Origin: Bacteroides sp.
GTDB taxonomy: Bacteria; Bacteroidota; Bacteroidia; Bacteroidales; Bacteroidaceae
Assembly: GCF_029057325.1 (NCBI RefSeq)
Contig: NZ_JAICZW010000015.1
Location: 5,378 to 37,377 of the forward strand
Direction: 5' to 3'
DNA length: 32,000 nucleotides
Part shown: positions 6,626 through 15,392 of the stretch, one piece after another
How the letters are laid out: each line of letters starts with the position of its first letter
How positions within the stretch are numbered: position 1 is the stretch's first letter
Translations under genes and position numbers: made by a program
The notes under the pieces: model-generated
The model's database searches: none
Told to the model about the DNA's origin: nothing
The model's input: the letters and a program-made list of their open reading frames with translations, nothing else

Positions 6626-8659
6626 TTAGTTTACGCTTGTAGGACCTTGTCCGGCAACCTTCGGCCAACCCGGATTCTGGTAAACTACAGAGCTGTTCAG
6701 GTCTGCCTGGTCGCCACTGGCTGTCTGGCGGAATGTGCTCTGCGGCAGCGGAGACAAGTAGTGTGCAGGAGTGAACTTATAACCGTCGAATACGGAGTTG
6801 TTTACGTGGCTTATCTGATAAGGATGGATATATACACCGCTTACCGATTCGCTCGACATGTTTCCTGTACCGCCCTCTACATCGACAACTACCATATCTC
6901 TACCGTCATTATCGGTCCAAGTGCCTTCGTAAACACTGCCCCAATAACGCATACCTTCTATTTGGTAACCATTCACCTGGTCGCAAGCTCTCCAACGCTT
7001 CAAGTCGGCCCAACGTGCGCCTTCACCGATGAACTCGTTACGACGTTCACGACGGATGTTGTACAGAGTAGCGTCAACCAGTTGTCCGTGAGAGTAAGCG
7101 CCAAAGTCGCCTTCGGCTTCCTTGGTCATATCTGTAGCGGCGATGGTCTTTGTATAGTCGGCATCCACTTTGGCACGTGTACGCAATGCTTTCCAATAGC
7201 TGTCGGCTGTAGCGTCGATGTTGCCGCTCTTCTCATAGCATGCTTCCATGTAGTTCAGCAGCGCTTCCGTACCGCGGAATACGATGCTGCCGGTAGTACC
7301 TTTGTGGTGCAGCGTCTGCATATAGTCGTTGTAGTGCTTGCCTTTCTTGATGGCATATCCTGTTACCATACGAGTCTCGTTGTTACCTTTCACTACCCAT
7401 TCCAAGTCCACATGGTTGATGTCACCGCTGGAAGTGTAGTTCTCGATATCACCGTCTTTCTTCGTAAAGATCTGGATACGGGAGTCACGATTTTGCAAGG
7501 TGGCGGTGATGCCGTCTTTTTCCCATTCGGGGTCGTAACCCGAACCTGCCGCATAGATAGGCAGACCGTTACGCATCAAGAAAGAATTGACCAAACCGCG
7601 TGTCCAGCCGGAGCCGCCGCCGTTGTTCTGCAGCTGCATCTGGATGTTGTGTGTCACGCTCTTTGATTCATCATATTGACGCCACATCAGCACTTCGCTG
7701 TAGCCTTCCATATTTTCGTCACAGAACATGGTGTAATAAGGATTGAGGCTGTTGAAGTTGCGGTCCATGCCTTCTGGCGCATCGGTGTTGTTCACCAAGT
7801 TGCCCACCAACTGGTCGCCTACCACCTTAGCCGACTTCATGGCTTCTTCCAAGAAGTAGCTGATTTCGGTATCGATGTTGAAACCATTCAAGTCGGCGGT
7901 GTTGCCCGGCCATCCCTGTCCGCCGGGAACGAAAGCCGTGCCTTTGTGGTACTTCAGCCAAGTAGCCTCAAACAGAGCCACGCGTGAACGGAGCAGGTAG
8001 GCCACGTTCTTGCTGATTCGGTTCTTGCCGCCGGGAGCTTCTGTACTCAGGAATTCAATCGCCTTATCCAAGTCTGACAAGATGAAACGAGCCACTTCGT
8101 GACGAGGACGGCGTTTGGAAGCCTCTGTTAGGGTCTCCTGATCATCGGCAAGCACTTCCGTGATGATGGGGCAGTCACCGATGGATTGCAACTTGTTGAA
8201 GTAGGCGTATGCACGTTGGAAATACATTTCGCCTATGTAGTGACGGATATTGGTTTCTGAGCCGGAAATCTGTTGCGCTTCATACTTCGGCAATACCTGC
8301 TGGAAGAAGTAGTTGCAATCGCGGATTTGGTAGAAGTTCCATGCGGCACCTCTTTCACTATCGCTTGTAGTGGAACCTACTTGCCATTCGCCCGGCACCC
8401 AACGTGAGGAGTAACCTTGAGCTGCCTGGTTATCAGTAGCGTTGTCATTCCCGAACACACTGATGCCGTAGCTTCCGGGTGCGATGGTAGTGAAGAAACC
8501 GTACAAGTTGACGGAATATGCCGCTAAATCGGCTTCGGCTGAGAAATAAGCGGCAGGCGTAATGGAACTTTCCGGTTCCTTATCCAAAAAATCGTTGCAG
8601 GAGGTCAGGCCAGTGAGCGACGCGCCCAGCAACAGCATATTGATATATTTCAGTTTCAT
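6626..8659 (-). CDS. SusD/RagB-family nutrient-binding outer-membrane lipoprotein (677 aa)
   Basis: Lipoprotein signal (LTGLTSC), then the canonical NDFLDKEP SusD N-terminus. Sits 12 nt downstream of a SusC-like gene. Confidence 0.9.
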   Translation of the reverse strand: MKLKYINMLLLGASLTGLTSCNDFLDKEPESSITPAAYFSAEADLAAYSVNLYGFFTTIAPGSYGISVFGNDNATDNQAAQGYSSRWVPGEWQVGSTTSDSERGAAWNFYQIRDCNYFFQQVLPKYEAQQISGSETNIRHYIGEMYFQRAYAYFNKLQSIGDCPIITEVLADDQETLTEASKRRPRHEVARFILSDLDKAIEFLSTEAPGGKNRISKNVAYLLRSRVALFEATWLKYHKGTAFVPGGQGWPGNTADLNGFNIDTEISYFLEEAMKSAKVVGDQLVGNLVNNTDAPEGMDRNFNSLNPYYTMFCDENMEGYSEVLMWRQYDESKSVTHNIQMQLQNNGGGSGWTRGLVNSFLMRNGLPIYAAGSGYDPEWEKDGITATLQNRDSRIQIFTKKDGDIENYTSSGDINHVDLEWVVKGNNETRMVTGYAIKKGKHYNDYMQTLHHKGTTGSIVFRGTEALLNYMEACYEKSGNIDATADSYWKALRTRAKVDADYTKTIAATDMTKEAEGDFGAYSHGQLVDATLYNIRRERRNEFIGEGARWADLKRWRACDQVNGYQIEGMRYWGSVYEGTWTDNDGRDMVVVDVEGGTGNMSSESVSGVYIHPYQISHVNNSVFDGYKFTPAHYLSPLPQSTFRQTASGDQADLNSSVVYQNPGWPKVAGQGPTSVN

Positions 8660-8671
8660 AATTGTTTTTTT

Positions 8672-11600
8672 TTAGAATGTTACACTTAAACCAAGGGATA
8701 CGGTCTTTGACAACGGGTAGGTTTTACCTAAGTCGTTACTATATCCGGCACCAATCAATTCAGGGTCTGAAACATCGGTGAAGTTGGTAATCGTTAACAG
8801 GTTCTCGCCTGAAACAAAGAGACGCAGGTTCTCTACATAGAATTTCTGTGTCAATGATTTAGGCAATGTATAACCCAATGTCAAGTTCTTCAGACGGCAA
8901 TAAGCAGCATTCTGCAAGTAACGGGTCTGCGTGTAGGTATTTCTGCCACCACTCCAGTCGGGACGCGGATAGTATGCGCTCGTGTTTTCTGGAGTCCAAT
9001 AGTCTTCGTGAGCCTTGAAGCCCAGTGCCTGCCATTTGCCGGTACCGGTTGCGCCCCAGAAGGTGGCGCTTCCTGCCATATAGTCACGCTTCAACGTACC
9101 TTGGAAGAATACCTTCAGATCAAATCCTTTCCATGCGGCATCCAGGTTCAAACCGAAGTTGTAGCGCGGGGTGGAGTTACCGATGACGGTAAGGTCGCCG
9201 TGGTTTTCAAGGGTATTCTGTCCGTTGTTCACTACACCGTCTCCATTCAAATCGGCATACATGATATCACCTGCCGTCCAGTTGCTACCGAATTGGCTTT
9301 GGTTAGCACTTGCCAGATGCTTGTCCATCTCTTCTTGTGTGTTGGCGATACCTATTGTCGTATAACCCCAGATGTCACCCAGTTTGGCACCGTCATAGTA
9401 AGTGCTCAGGCTCTTTGACGGGTTCGGATATTTGTCAATAACCACTATATTGTCACTCAAGGTCAAAGATACGCCATAGCTGAAATCTCTGATAACATCG
9501 CGCCAGCTAATCTGTAAATCCCATCCTTTGGATGTCATATCCAAATTGTTGATTTTCGGCTCACTTGCTCCCAATACATCCGGCAGTTCCTGTGCGGGAC
9601 CTACCATGTCGTATGTCTTGCGCTGGAAGTAGCCGAACGAACCGGTCAAGCGGTTGTTTAATGCACCCCAGTCCAAACCGACTTCCCAAGTACGGTTCTT
9701 TTCCCATGTCAGCAATGCGGAAACCAATGAAGGTTGTGATGCAATATTGGGTTTATCACCGTTTATCAACCAGTTGCCGCCTTTGGTGGTATAGCCGATT
9801 GTCGGATAGAAGGGATACCAGTTGTCCGTATTCTGGTTACCCAGTTCACCCCATGAAGCACGAAGTTTCAAGGTGTTTACAATGTCCGTATAGTCTTCCC
9901 AGAAGGCTTCCTGTGAGATGTTCCAACCTGCGGAGAAGGAGGGGAACCAGTTCCAGCGGTTGTTGCGGAGGAAACGGGAAGAACCGTCGTAGCGGATATT
10001 ACCCTCAAACAGATAACGGCCTTTGTAGTCGTAGTTCAAACGTCCAAAGAAACCGGCGGTTGTCCAGCTGTTGTAGGCGCCGCTCGCTTTCGGGTTGGAG
10101 CTTGTAGTGTTCAGTGTAGGCAGACCGGACAAGATGCCGTCTTGTTGTCCCTGCAAGGTGCGTTGGCGGAACCATTCGCTTTGGAAACCGGCCATTACCT
10201 TGAAGTTGTGGTCAGCGATTGAATGGCTGTATTCCGTAAAGATGTTGGGATTGAAATAGTTGCTCTTGTAGTTGTATTCACGAACCGAAGAAGTCGCATT
10301 GAAGTCCACAAAAGGCTCGTTGTCGCAATTGTAGCCGTAAGTGGTCTGCCAATCGGTGTGGGCATTATTGTTGTTGATACGGTAGTTCAGTTCCGCATTG
10401 ATAACCCATCCTTTCAACGGAGTAATCTTGAACGCCAGTTGCTGTGACAGGATGTCGTTCTGAGTCTTGTAGTTACCGCCATTTTTCAGACGCTCGATGT
10501 ATGATTCGGGTACATAATGTCCGTTCGGGTCTGTTGTCGGAATGATAGGCCAGTAACGGCACATGTTGTGGTAGAACTCGTCCGTACCGTTTACCATCAC
10601 CACCGGAGCTTGATAGTCCGAACGGGTGAAGCGGCTGCTGTAGGTCATGGTCAGCCAGCTTGCCAGGTCGGCGTTGATTTTGGCTGTCACCGCATAGCGT
10701 TGCTTGTTGTCATCGCCGTGGCGCAAGATACCGTTCTGGTCCAGGTAGTTGGCAGAGAAGTAATATCTCATCTTCTCCGAGCCACCGTTGATGCTCAACG
10801 TATGTTCCTGTGAGAAGCTGTTGCCGAAGTGCTCTTTCAGCCAGTCTGTATTGGCGATAGGCAGAATGTCGTTAGAGTCCCAGACTTCCCAGCGGTTGTT
10901 GCCGTTCTTGAACATGGTCTGCATGGTGGGGTCGCTCTGAGCCTGCTTAATCTGCGCCAACTTCGATTCGGAGAACCAAGCACCGTTACCTGAGTTGATA
11001 CTTGCCGTATTCATGTATTGGGCCCATGTGTAAGAGTCCATCATTTCGGGCATGTTCAACGGAGAGTTGAAACGGAAGCTGTTGTTGTAGTTGATGACAG
11101 TCTTACCTGCCTTACCGCTCTTGGTGGTAATCAAAACCACACCGCCGGCTGCGCGCGAACCGTAGATAGAAGAAGCGGAAGCGTCCTTCAATACGGAGAT
11201 GTTCTCGATGTCCTGTGGGTTCAGCGCGTTCATGTCGCCTTCCATACCGTCAATCAAAATCAACGGAGTCACGGAAGAACCGGCACCGATGGTACCTGTA
11301 CCGCGGATGTTGATGCTCTTGTTGGAGTTCAACGTACCACCACTGCTTGCTACGGAGAAGTTCATACCGGCTACGGCACCTTGCAAAGCGTCTGTCACGG
11401 AGTTGACCGGACGGGCCGAAATGGCTTTGGAATCCACTGTGGAAACGGCACCGGTCAGGTTCACTTTCTTCTGTGTACCGAATGCCACTACGACAACTTC
11501 TTCCAAGGTTTGTGTGTCATCCTTCAGAATGACATTCAAAGGCTTGCCATCCCACACAATCTCTTGTGTTACATAACCCACGAAAGAGATTTGAATAACA

Positions 11601-11854
11601 TCTCCTTTGTTGACACCTGACAAAGAGAAATCTCCGTCAATTCCTGTGATAGTGCCGTTGGTAGTACCTTTCACCACTACAGATGCACCGATGACTGTTT
11701 CTCCGGTTGTGTCTTTAACAACTCCGGTACATGTGCCACTCTGCTGTGTGATTTTCACATCGGTAACGCCCGGATCGGCGACCGCGTAAGCTGCTCCGGT
11801 AGAAATGCTCATCAGGAACAGCACCATACTGACTGATTTTAGTCGTTTTAACAT
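8672..11854 (-). CDS. SusC/RagA-family TonB-dependent outer-membrane transporter (1060 aa), no STN domain
   Basis: Signal peptide, carboxypeptidase-regulatory-like domain (GVVKD..GE.VIGASVVVKGTTNGTITGIDGDFSL), TonB-box/plug (EEVVVVAFGTQKK) and C-terminal barrel ending ...LSVTF. Confidence 0.92.
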   Translation of the reverse strand: MLKRLKSVSMVLFLMSISTGAAYAVADPGVTDVKITQQSGTCTGVVKDTTGETVIGASVVVKGTTNGTITGIDGDFSLSGVNKGDVIQISFVGYVTQEIVWDGKPLNVILKDDTQTLEEVVVVAFGTQKKVNLTGAVSTVDSKAISARPVNSVTDALQGAVAGMNFSVASSGGTLNSNKSINIRGTGTIGAGSSVTPLILIDGMEGDMNALNPQDIENISVLKDASASSIYGSRAAGGVVLITTKSGKAGKTVINYNNSFRFNSPLNMPEMMDSYTWAQYMNTASINSGNGAWFSESKLAQIKQAQSDPTMQTMFKNGNNRWEVWDSNDILPIANTDWLKEHFGNSFSQEHTLSINGGSEKMRYYFSANYLDQNGILRHGDDNKQRYAVTAKINADLASWLTMTYSSRFTRSDYQAPVVMVNGTDEFYHNMCRYWPIIPTTDPNGHYVPESYIERLKNGGNYKTQNDILSQQLAFKITPLKGWVINAELNYRINNNNAHTDWQTTYGYNCDNEPFVDFNATSSVREYNYKSNYFNPNIFTEYSHSIADHNFKVMAGFQSEWFRQRTLQGQQDGILSGLPTLNTTSSNPKASGAYNSWTTAGFFGRLNYDYKGRYLFEGNIRYDGSSRFLRNNRWNWFPSFSAGWNISQEAFWEDYTDIVNTLKLRASWGELGNQNTDNWYPFYPTIGYTTKGGNWLINGDKPNIASQPSLVSALLTWEKNRTWEVGLDWGALNNRLTGSFGYFQRKTYDMVGPAQELPDVLGASEPKINNLDMTSKGWDLQISWRDVIRDFSYGVSLTLSDNIVVIDKYPNPSKSLSTYYDGAKLGDIWGYTTIGIANTQEEMDKHLASANQSQFGSNWTAGDIMYADLNGDGVVNNGQNTLENHGDLTVIGNSTPRYNFGLNLDAAWKGFDLKVFFQGTLKRDYMAGSATFWGATGTGKWQALGFKAHEDYWTPENTSAYYPRPDWSGGRNTYTQTRYLQNAAYCRLKNLTLGYTLPKSLTQKFYVENLRLFVSGENLLTITNFTDVSDPELIGAGYSNDLGKTYPLSKTVSLGLSVTF

Positions 11855-11963
11855 AGCTGTGATTTTTTTTTAGTTTGTCCTTGTCATCATGCATGGCTCA
11901 GGGTAAGGCCTTATACTCCATACACCTTGCATGGCGGCGTTAGACTATGTTTGAAGTTTGGCA

Positions 11964-11971
11964 CAAAGTTA
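11964..11971 (-). promoter_or_regulatory. Candidate -7 box (TAACTTTG on the minus strand) for the orphan susC/susD pair
   Basis: Plus-strand CAAAGTTA equals minus-strand TAnnTTTG, about 110 nt upstream of the susC ATG, at the edge of an AT-rich tract (11970-12200). No clean -33 element. Confidence 0.3.
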
Positions 11972-12405
11972 GGAAATATTTTAATAAAGCTGTGTTATGA
12001 TTGAAATTTTTTCTAATTAAATCTATTAATGAATAAGGCTTTATTTAAGAAAGGTTGCTCTCTTTTTTTAAAAAAGTATAATTAAACGCTCAGATTTTGA
12101 GGCAGTGTGACAGTAAAATCTCGGATATAAATCACGCAAATCACACAAATGATGTATCCGCTTATATTGAATTTATGTTAAGAAAGCGACTGGTAGATGG
12201 GAGAGCAATGGTGGAAAATGACCGTGCGGATGGGCTTATGTTTATGCATTGTGGGCAGGGCACATAATCACGGTTGTTTGGGTGTAAAATATTTTTTCTT
12301 CTTCTTTTTGCTGTCGGCACGTCCCGGCAGAAAAATACCTTTTCCTCCTTTTTCTGCGGTTCTCCTTATCTGCTCCCTGACTGACCCCTATCAGGACCTA
12401 TTCGG

Positions 12406-12486
12406 CTTCGGACGTTCTTCGGACAAACTCCACTCCCTAGGACCGAAGAATGTCCGAAGAACGTCCGAAGAAACACCGAAGAAACT
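12406..12486. repeat. 19-bp perfect inverted repeat plus four tandem 11-bp units starting with CCGAAGAA
   Basis: CTTCGGACGTTCTTCGGAC (12406-12424) is the exact reverse complement of GTCCGAAGAACGTCCGAAG (12452-12470). CCGAAGAA starts at 12443, 12454, 12465 and 12476, an 11-bp phase. A degenerate copy lies at 12519-12527. Confidence 0.9.
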
Positions 12487-12646
12487 ACGGAGCGGGTAAG
12501 GGCCTGACAAGACGCGAACCGGAAGAATTGCAGGAACTCAATTTTTCGGGATAGGAATATATTATGTAATTATTTATGATTGTTGATACCTTTGAATGAA
12601 AGAACCGCAGGTATATAAATGTCGGATGAATCATATAGATGAACAA

Positions 12647-12668
12647 AGGGTTTCCTCACGGAAACCCT
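12647..12668 (-). terminator. Hairpin downstream of the DUF2807-like gene (possible terminator, usable in either direction)
   Basis: Stem GGGTTTCC (12648-12655) / GGAAACCC (12660-12667) with a 4-nt loop. T-rich sequence follows on the plus side and TTGTTC on the minus side. Lies 84 nt beyond the stop at 12752. Confidence 0.4.
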
Positions 12669-12730
12669 CCATTCTTTTATATATTTAACTTTAAGAGAGA
12701 ATTTGGTTTAGGCCTGTCGGGTGTTTCTTG

Positions 12731-12750
12731 AAGGAGTTAAAAGGAGTTAC
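12731..12750. repeat. Solo half-copy of the GGAGTTA repeat family
   Basis: aaGGAGTTAaaaGGAGTTAc lies directly 3' of the stop codon at 12752-12754. No partner arm nearby. Confidence 0.5.
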
Positions 12751-12751
12751 A

Positions 12752-13612
12752 TTATAGTCTATACAATCCTTTTTTCGGATAGTCTAGTTCGGGGTTTCCT
12801 TTGTAGCCTACGCTGCCGCTACCGCTGGTGCGCACTTTCAGGAAGTCGGTGGCATGGCACTTGATGTCGCCCGACCCTGCTACACTCGCGGATGCTCGTT
12901 TTGCCACGAAGTCGGAAGCGAAGAGGTCGCCTGATCCGGCTACGCTGTATTCTGCCTCTTGCGTGTTGCCTTTCAGGACAACGGTGCCCGACCCGGCAAC
13001 GGACGCTTTCGTGAAGTTGGCGGTCACGTTATCCAGCTTCATGTCGCCGGAGCCTGCTACAGAGAGTTTTAGGTTGGTGCAGGCGACATTGCTGCTTTCG
13101 ATGTCGCCCGAACCGGCGATGGAAATGTCAAGGTCTGTGCAGGAGATGTTGTTTCCGTCGATGTCACCCGAACCCGCTACGGAGATTCTGAGGTTGTCTG
13201 TTTTCAGTCCGTTCTTCAGTTCCACATCACCCGAACCGGCAACTGAGATGCCGTTCAGCTTTTCGGAGCAGACACGTACTTCCAGTTTTTCGTATGAGAC
13301 GCTGACATTCTTTTTGAATCCGATGTAGAGCGTGTTATCCTTGACGTGGATGTCCAGCAAATCGACGATGTTGTCCGAAGTATAGACTTCTACTGCCGGC
13401 TTGCCGGATTTTTGTGTGTAGGTCACGTCGGGGCTTCCCGTCACGCTCAGTCCGGTGAAGTTTTCCACTTTCATCTTTTTGGTCACATAGTTCTTGCTTG
13501 CCTTGATGGTCTTGCTGTTGAGGCCACCGGAGCGGTAGGTATGCTGTTGCGAACAAGCGGTGGTGCTGAATGCCAATAAGGCGATTGCGATAAGTGATGT
13601 CAATTTTTTCAT
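12752..13612 (-). CDS. DUF2807 / GIN-domain-like repeat lipoprotein (286 aa), predicted beta-helical
   Basis: Signal peptide with a lipobox-like STTAC. About nine repeats of (I/L/A)SVAGSGD spaced about 20 aa apart, mirrored in the DNA as repeated GCCGGnTCnGGnGAC segments. Confidence 0.8.
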   Translation of the reverse strand: MKKLTSLIAIALLAFSTTACSQQHTYRSGGLNSKTIKASKNYVTKKMKVENFTGLSVTGSPDVTYTQKSGKPAVEVYTSDNIVDLLDIHVKDNTLYIGFKKNVSVSYEKLEVRVCSEKLNGISVAGSGDVELKNGLKTDNLRISVAGSGDIDGNNISCTDLDISIAGSGDIESSNVACTNLKLSVAGSGDMKLDNVTANFTKASVAGSGTVVLKGNTQEAEYSVAGSGDLFASDFVAKRASASVAGSGDIKCHATDFLKVRTSGSGSVGYKGNPELDYPKKGLYRL

Positions 13613-13877
13613 TTTCTATTGTTTTTATAATTCGGTATTTATTTAATAGACGCCATTTACTTTGAAAAAGTTGCATGCGGAAATGCTTTTTTCAAAAAAG
13701 ATTTAGCTGCAAGGTTTTATTCAAATATTGTGCCAAAAATGTAAGCTGCTGGTTCTTAATTGATAGGGATTTTTCGAGGTGTTCGTTATCGGACACCCTG
13801 TCCGCTTTTGTGAACAGCTTGTTTGCGTTTTCGGTCGATTCTTTGTTTATTTGCCGACTGAAAAATGCTCAGCTCTT

Positions 13878-14585
13878 ATGACAGCCGACTGCCTGATAGA
13901 AGATAAGGAATTTGGTACCTTGATGGTCCGAATCAATGCCCGTGCCCGCCGCTTCACTTTCCGTGTGAAGGGGGATGGCATCCACGTGACCGTTCCTCCC
14001 CGCACTTCCCTTGCCGAGGTGAAGCGTGCCGTTGAAGAGCTTCGTCCCCGTTTGCGTGCCGCCGGGCAGAAGCGTGTGCGGAAGTTGATCGATTTGGACT
14101 ACCGGATTGATGCGGAGTTCTTCAAGCTGTCGCTGGCCGTCGGGCGGCAGGAGCGGTTCTTGGCTCGTTCGGAGTCGGGGCGGATGCAGATTATCTGTCC
14201 GCCGGATGTTGATTTTGCAGACAGGAACCTGCAAGTGTGGTTGCGCAAGGTGATTGAAGAGGCGTTGCGCCGTCGTGCGAAGGCTGTTCTTCCTCCCCGG
14301 CTGCATGCGCTTTCGGTGAAGCACGGCCTGCCCTATAAGAGCGTGAAAATTAACTCCAGCAGCGGGCGTTGGGGCAGTTGCTCCGCACAAGGCAGCATCA
14401 ACCTTTCCTATTATCTGGTGCTTCTTCCTTCCCATCTGGTTGACTATGTGCTGCTGCACGAACTGGCGCATACCCGTGAGATGAACCACGGTGAGGGTTT
14501 CTGGACGTTGCTTGATAGGCTGACGGACGGCAAGGCACGGGGGTTGCGGGAGGAGCTGAGGGGGTATCGGACGGAGATAGAGTAG
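13878..14585 (+). CDS. YgjP-like (DUF45/M48-type) zinc metallopeptidase (235 aa from ATG 13878)
   Basis: HELAHTREMNHGEGFW contains the HExxH motif and the YgjP-family signature. The ORF is open from 13779, but ATG 13878 (MTADCLIEDKEFG...) gives the usual family length. Confidence 0.78.
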   Translation: MTADCLIEDKEFGTLMVRINARARRFTFRVKGDGIHVTVPPRTSLAEVKRAVEELRPRLRAAGQKRVRKLIDLDYRIDAEFFKLSLAVGRQERFLARSESGRMQIICPPDVDFADRNLQVWLRKVIEEALRRRAKAVLPPRLHALSVKHGLPYKSVKINSSSGRWGSCSAQGSINLSYYLVLLPSHLVDYVLLHELAHTREMNHGEGFWTLLDRLTDGKARGLREELRGYRTEIE

Positions 14586-14641
14586 ATAAGTAGTTTCACC
14601 GGAAAAGCCGAAGAATGGGGCGTTGGAGAGTGAAAGTGAAA

Positions 14642-15250
14642 CTATTGAAAGAATGAAAACGGCTGATTGTTGTTGATGAGCAGTAGCAGGGGCAGATAAT
14701 CTTTCAGCTTTACTCGAAGCAGTTTCAGTGCCTGCTGTATGCGGTAAGCTACCGTTTTTGGGGAGACTTCCAGTAAATCGGCGATTTCTTTATAATTCAT
14801 GTTTTTGAAGCGGTGCATGACGAAAGTTTCCCGGTAGGATTCGGGCAGCTCGTTCAATGCCTCCCGCAACCGTCTGCTCAGTTCGTTCAGTTGGCATGCG
14901 TCGGTTTCTTCAAGCATGGCTTGGGTTCTTTGGACATAGATGCGCTGTGCGTAGGTGGTGTGGACGTGTTGTGCTATTTCGTTGTGGGCTATTTGGTCCA
15001 TGGAACGATGGTACACGGCCTTGAAGATATATTGGTTGAAAGAGTGGTTGATGTGTAGGGTGTCACGTTTTTCCCACAACAGAAGCATGATGTCTTGTAC
15101 GATTTCGTGGGCATCCTCCGTGCCTACGAATCGGGCCGCATAAGTGCGAAGGGGAATATAGTACTTTCTGAATAGGGTGTCGAATGCATTCCTGTCCCCT
15201 CTTTGCATGGCAGATAACAAAAAAGAATCTGTGGTGGATTGTTTTTCCAT
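14642..15250 (-). CDS. ECF-type RNA polymerase sigma factor (202 aa), PUL-associated
   Basis: Region 2 (AHEIVQDIMLLLWEKR) and region 4 (LPESYRETFVMHRFKNMNYKEIADLLEVSPKTVAYRIQQAL). Divergent from a FecR-type anti-sigma gene. Confidence 0.88.
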   Translation of the reverse strand: MEKQSTTDSFLLSAMQRGDRNAFDTLFRKYYIPLRTYAARFVGTEDAHEIVQDIMLLLWEKRDTLHINHSFNQYIFKAVYHRSMDQIAHNEIAQHVHTTYAQRIYVQRTQAMLEETDACQLNELSRRLREALNELPESYRETFVMHRFKNMNYKEIADLLEVSPKTVAYRIQQALKLLRVKLKDYLPLLLLINNNQPFSFFQ

Positions 15251-15270
15251 GTATATGAATTTGTTGGGTA

Positions 15271-15301
15271 CAAAATTATCTTTTTTTTCTGCTTTCTCAA
15301 A
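15271..15301 (-). promoter_or_regulatory. Candidate Bacteroides promoter for the ECF sigma gene (-7 TAATTTTG, -33 TTTG)
   Basis: Plus-strand CAAAATTA (15271-15278) and CAAA (15298-15301), equal to minus-strand TTTG-N19-TAATTTTG. The -7 box lies 21 nt upstream of the ATG at 15250. Confidence 0.4.
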
Positions 15302-15392
15302 AAAAAACGTTTTTTTGTTTAGTATAGTGCCTGAGTTAACCGTCTTTATTAAATGAAAGCTGTTTTGTGCGAACGTTTTTTTTTATTTGAAA

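Noticed and set aside
11855-11963. Riboswitch (for example cobalamin or TPP) in the susC leader
   Set aside because: No B12-box-like or TPP-like conserved core was recognisable by eye. The leader is short and unremarkable. A cmscan would be needed to exclude it formally.
12197-12499. 100-aa ORF in the susC upstream region
   Set aside because: The translation has a poly-Phe stretch from a T-run plus repeat-derived sequence (KNVRRTSEETPKKLRSG). It has no domain-like features and overlaps the CCGAAGAA repeat cluster, so it is most likely non-coding.
11901-12505. Direct repeat GGGTAAGGCC / GGGTAAGGGCC about 590 bp apart as possible att or target-site duplication
   Set aside because: A match of about 10 bp with an indel within 900 bp is close to chance expectation, and nothing mobile lies between the copies.
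12450-12554. 34-codon basic mini-ORF (MSEERPKKHRRNYGAGKGLTRREPEELQELNFSG) within the repeat cluster
   Set aside because: Its sequence is dictated by the tandem CCGAAGAA repeats. No supporting signal is visible, and it cannot be supported without ribosome profiling or conservation data.
11855-12751. Invertible (phase-variable) promoter upstream of the orphan susC, as known for some Bacteroides SusC/D and capsule loci
   Set aside because: I found no pair of inverted repeats flanking a 150-400-bp promoter segment. The only strong inverted repeat encloses just 27 bp, and no site-specific recombinase gene is nearby.
13779-13877. N-terminal extensions suggested by the ORF track (13779-13877 for the YgjP-like gene; 27299-27385 for the M28 peptidase; TTG 15387 for FecR; TTG 49 for the MTase fragment)
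   Set aside because: Internal ATGs give a family-typical length or a proper signal peptide. The 27299 extension overlaps the 3' end of the GH2 gene, and the MTase frame is open to base 1.
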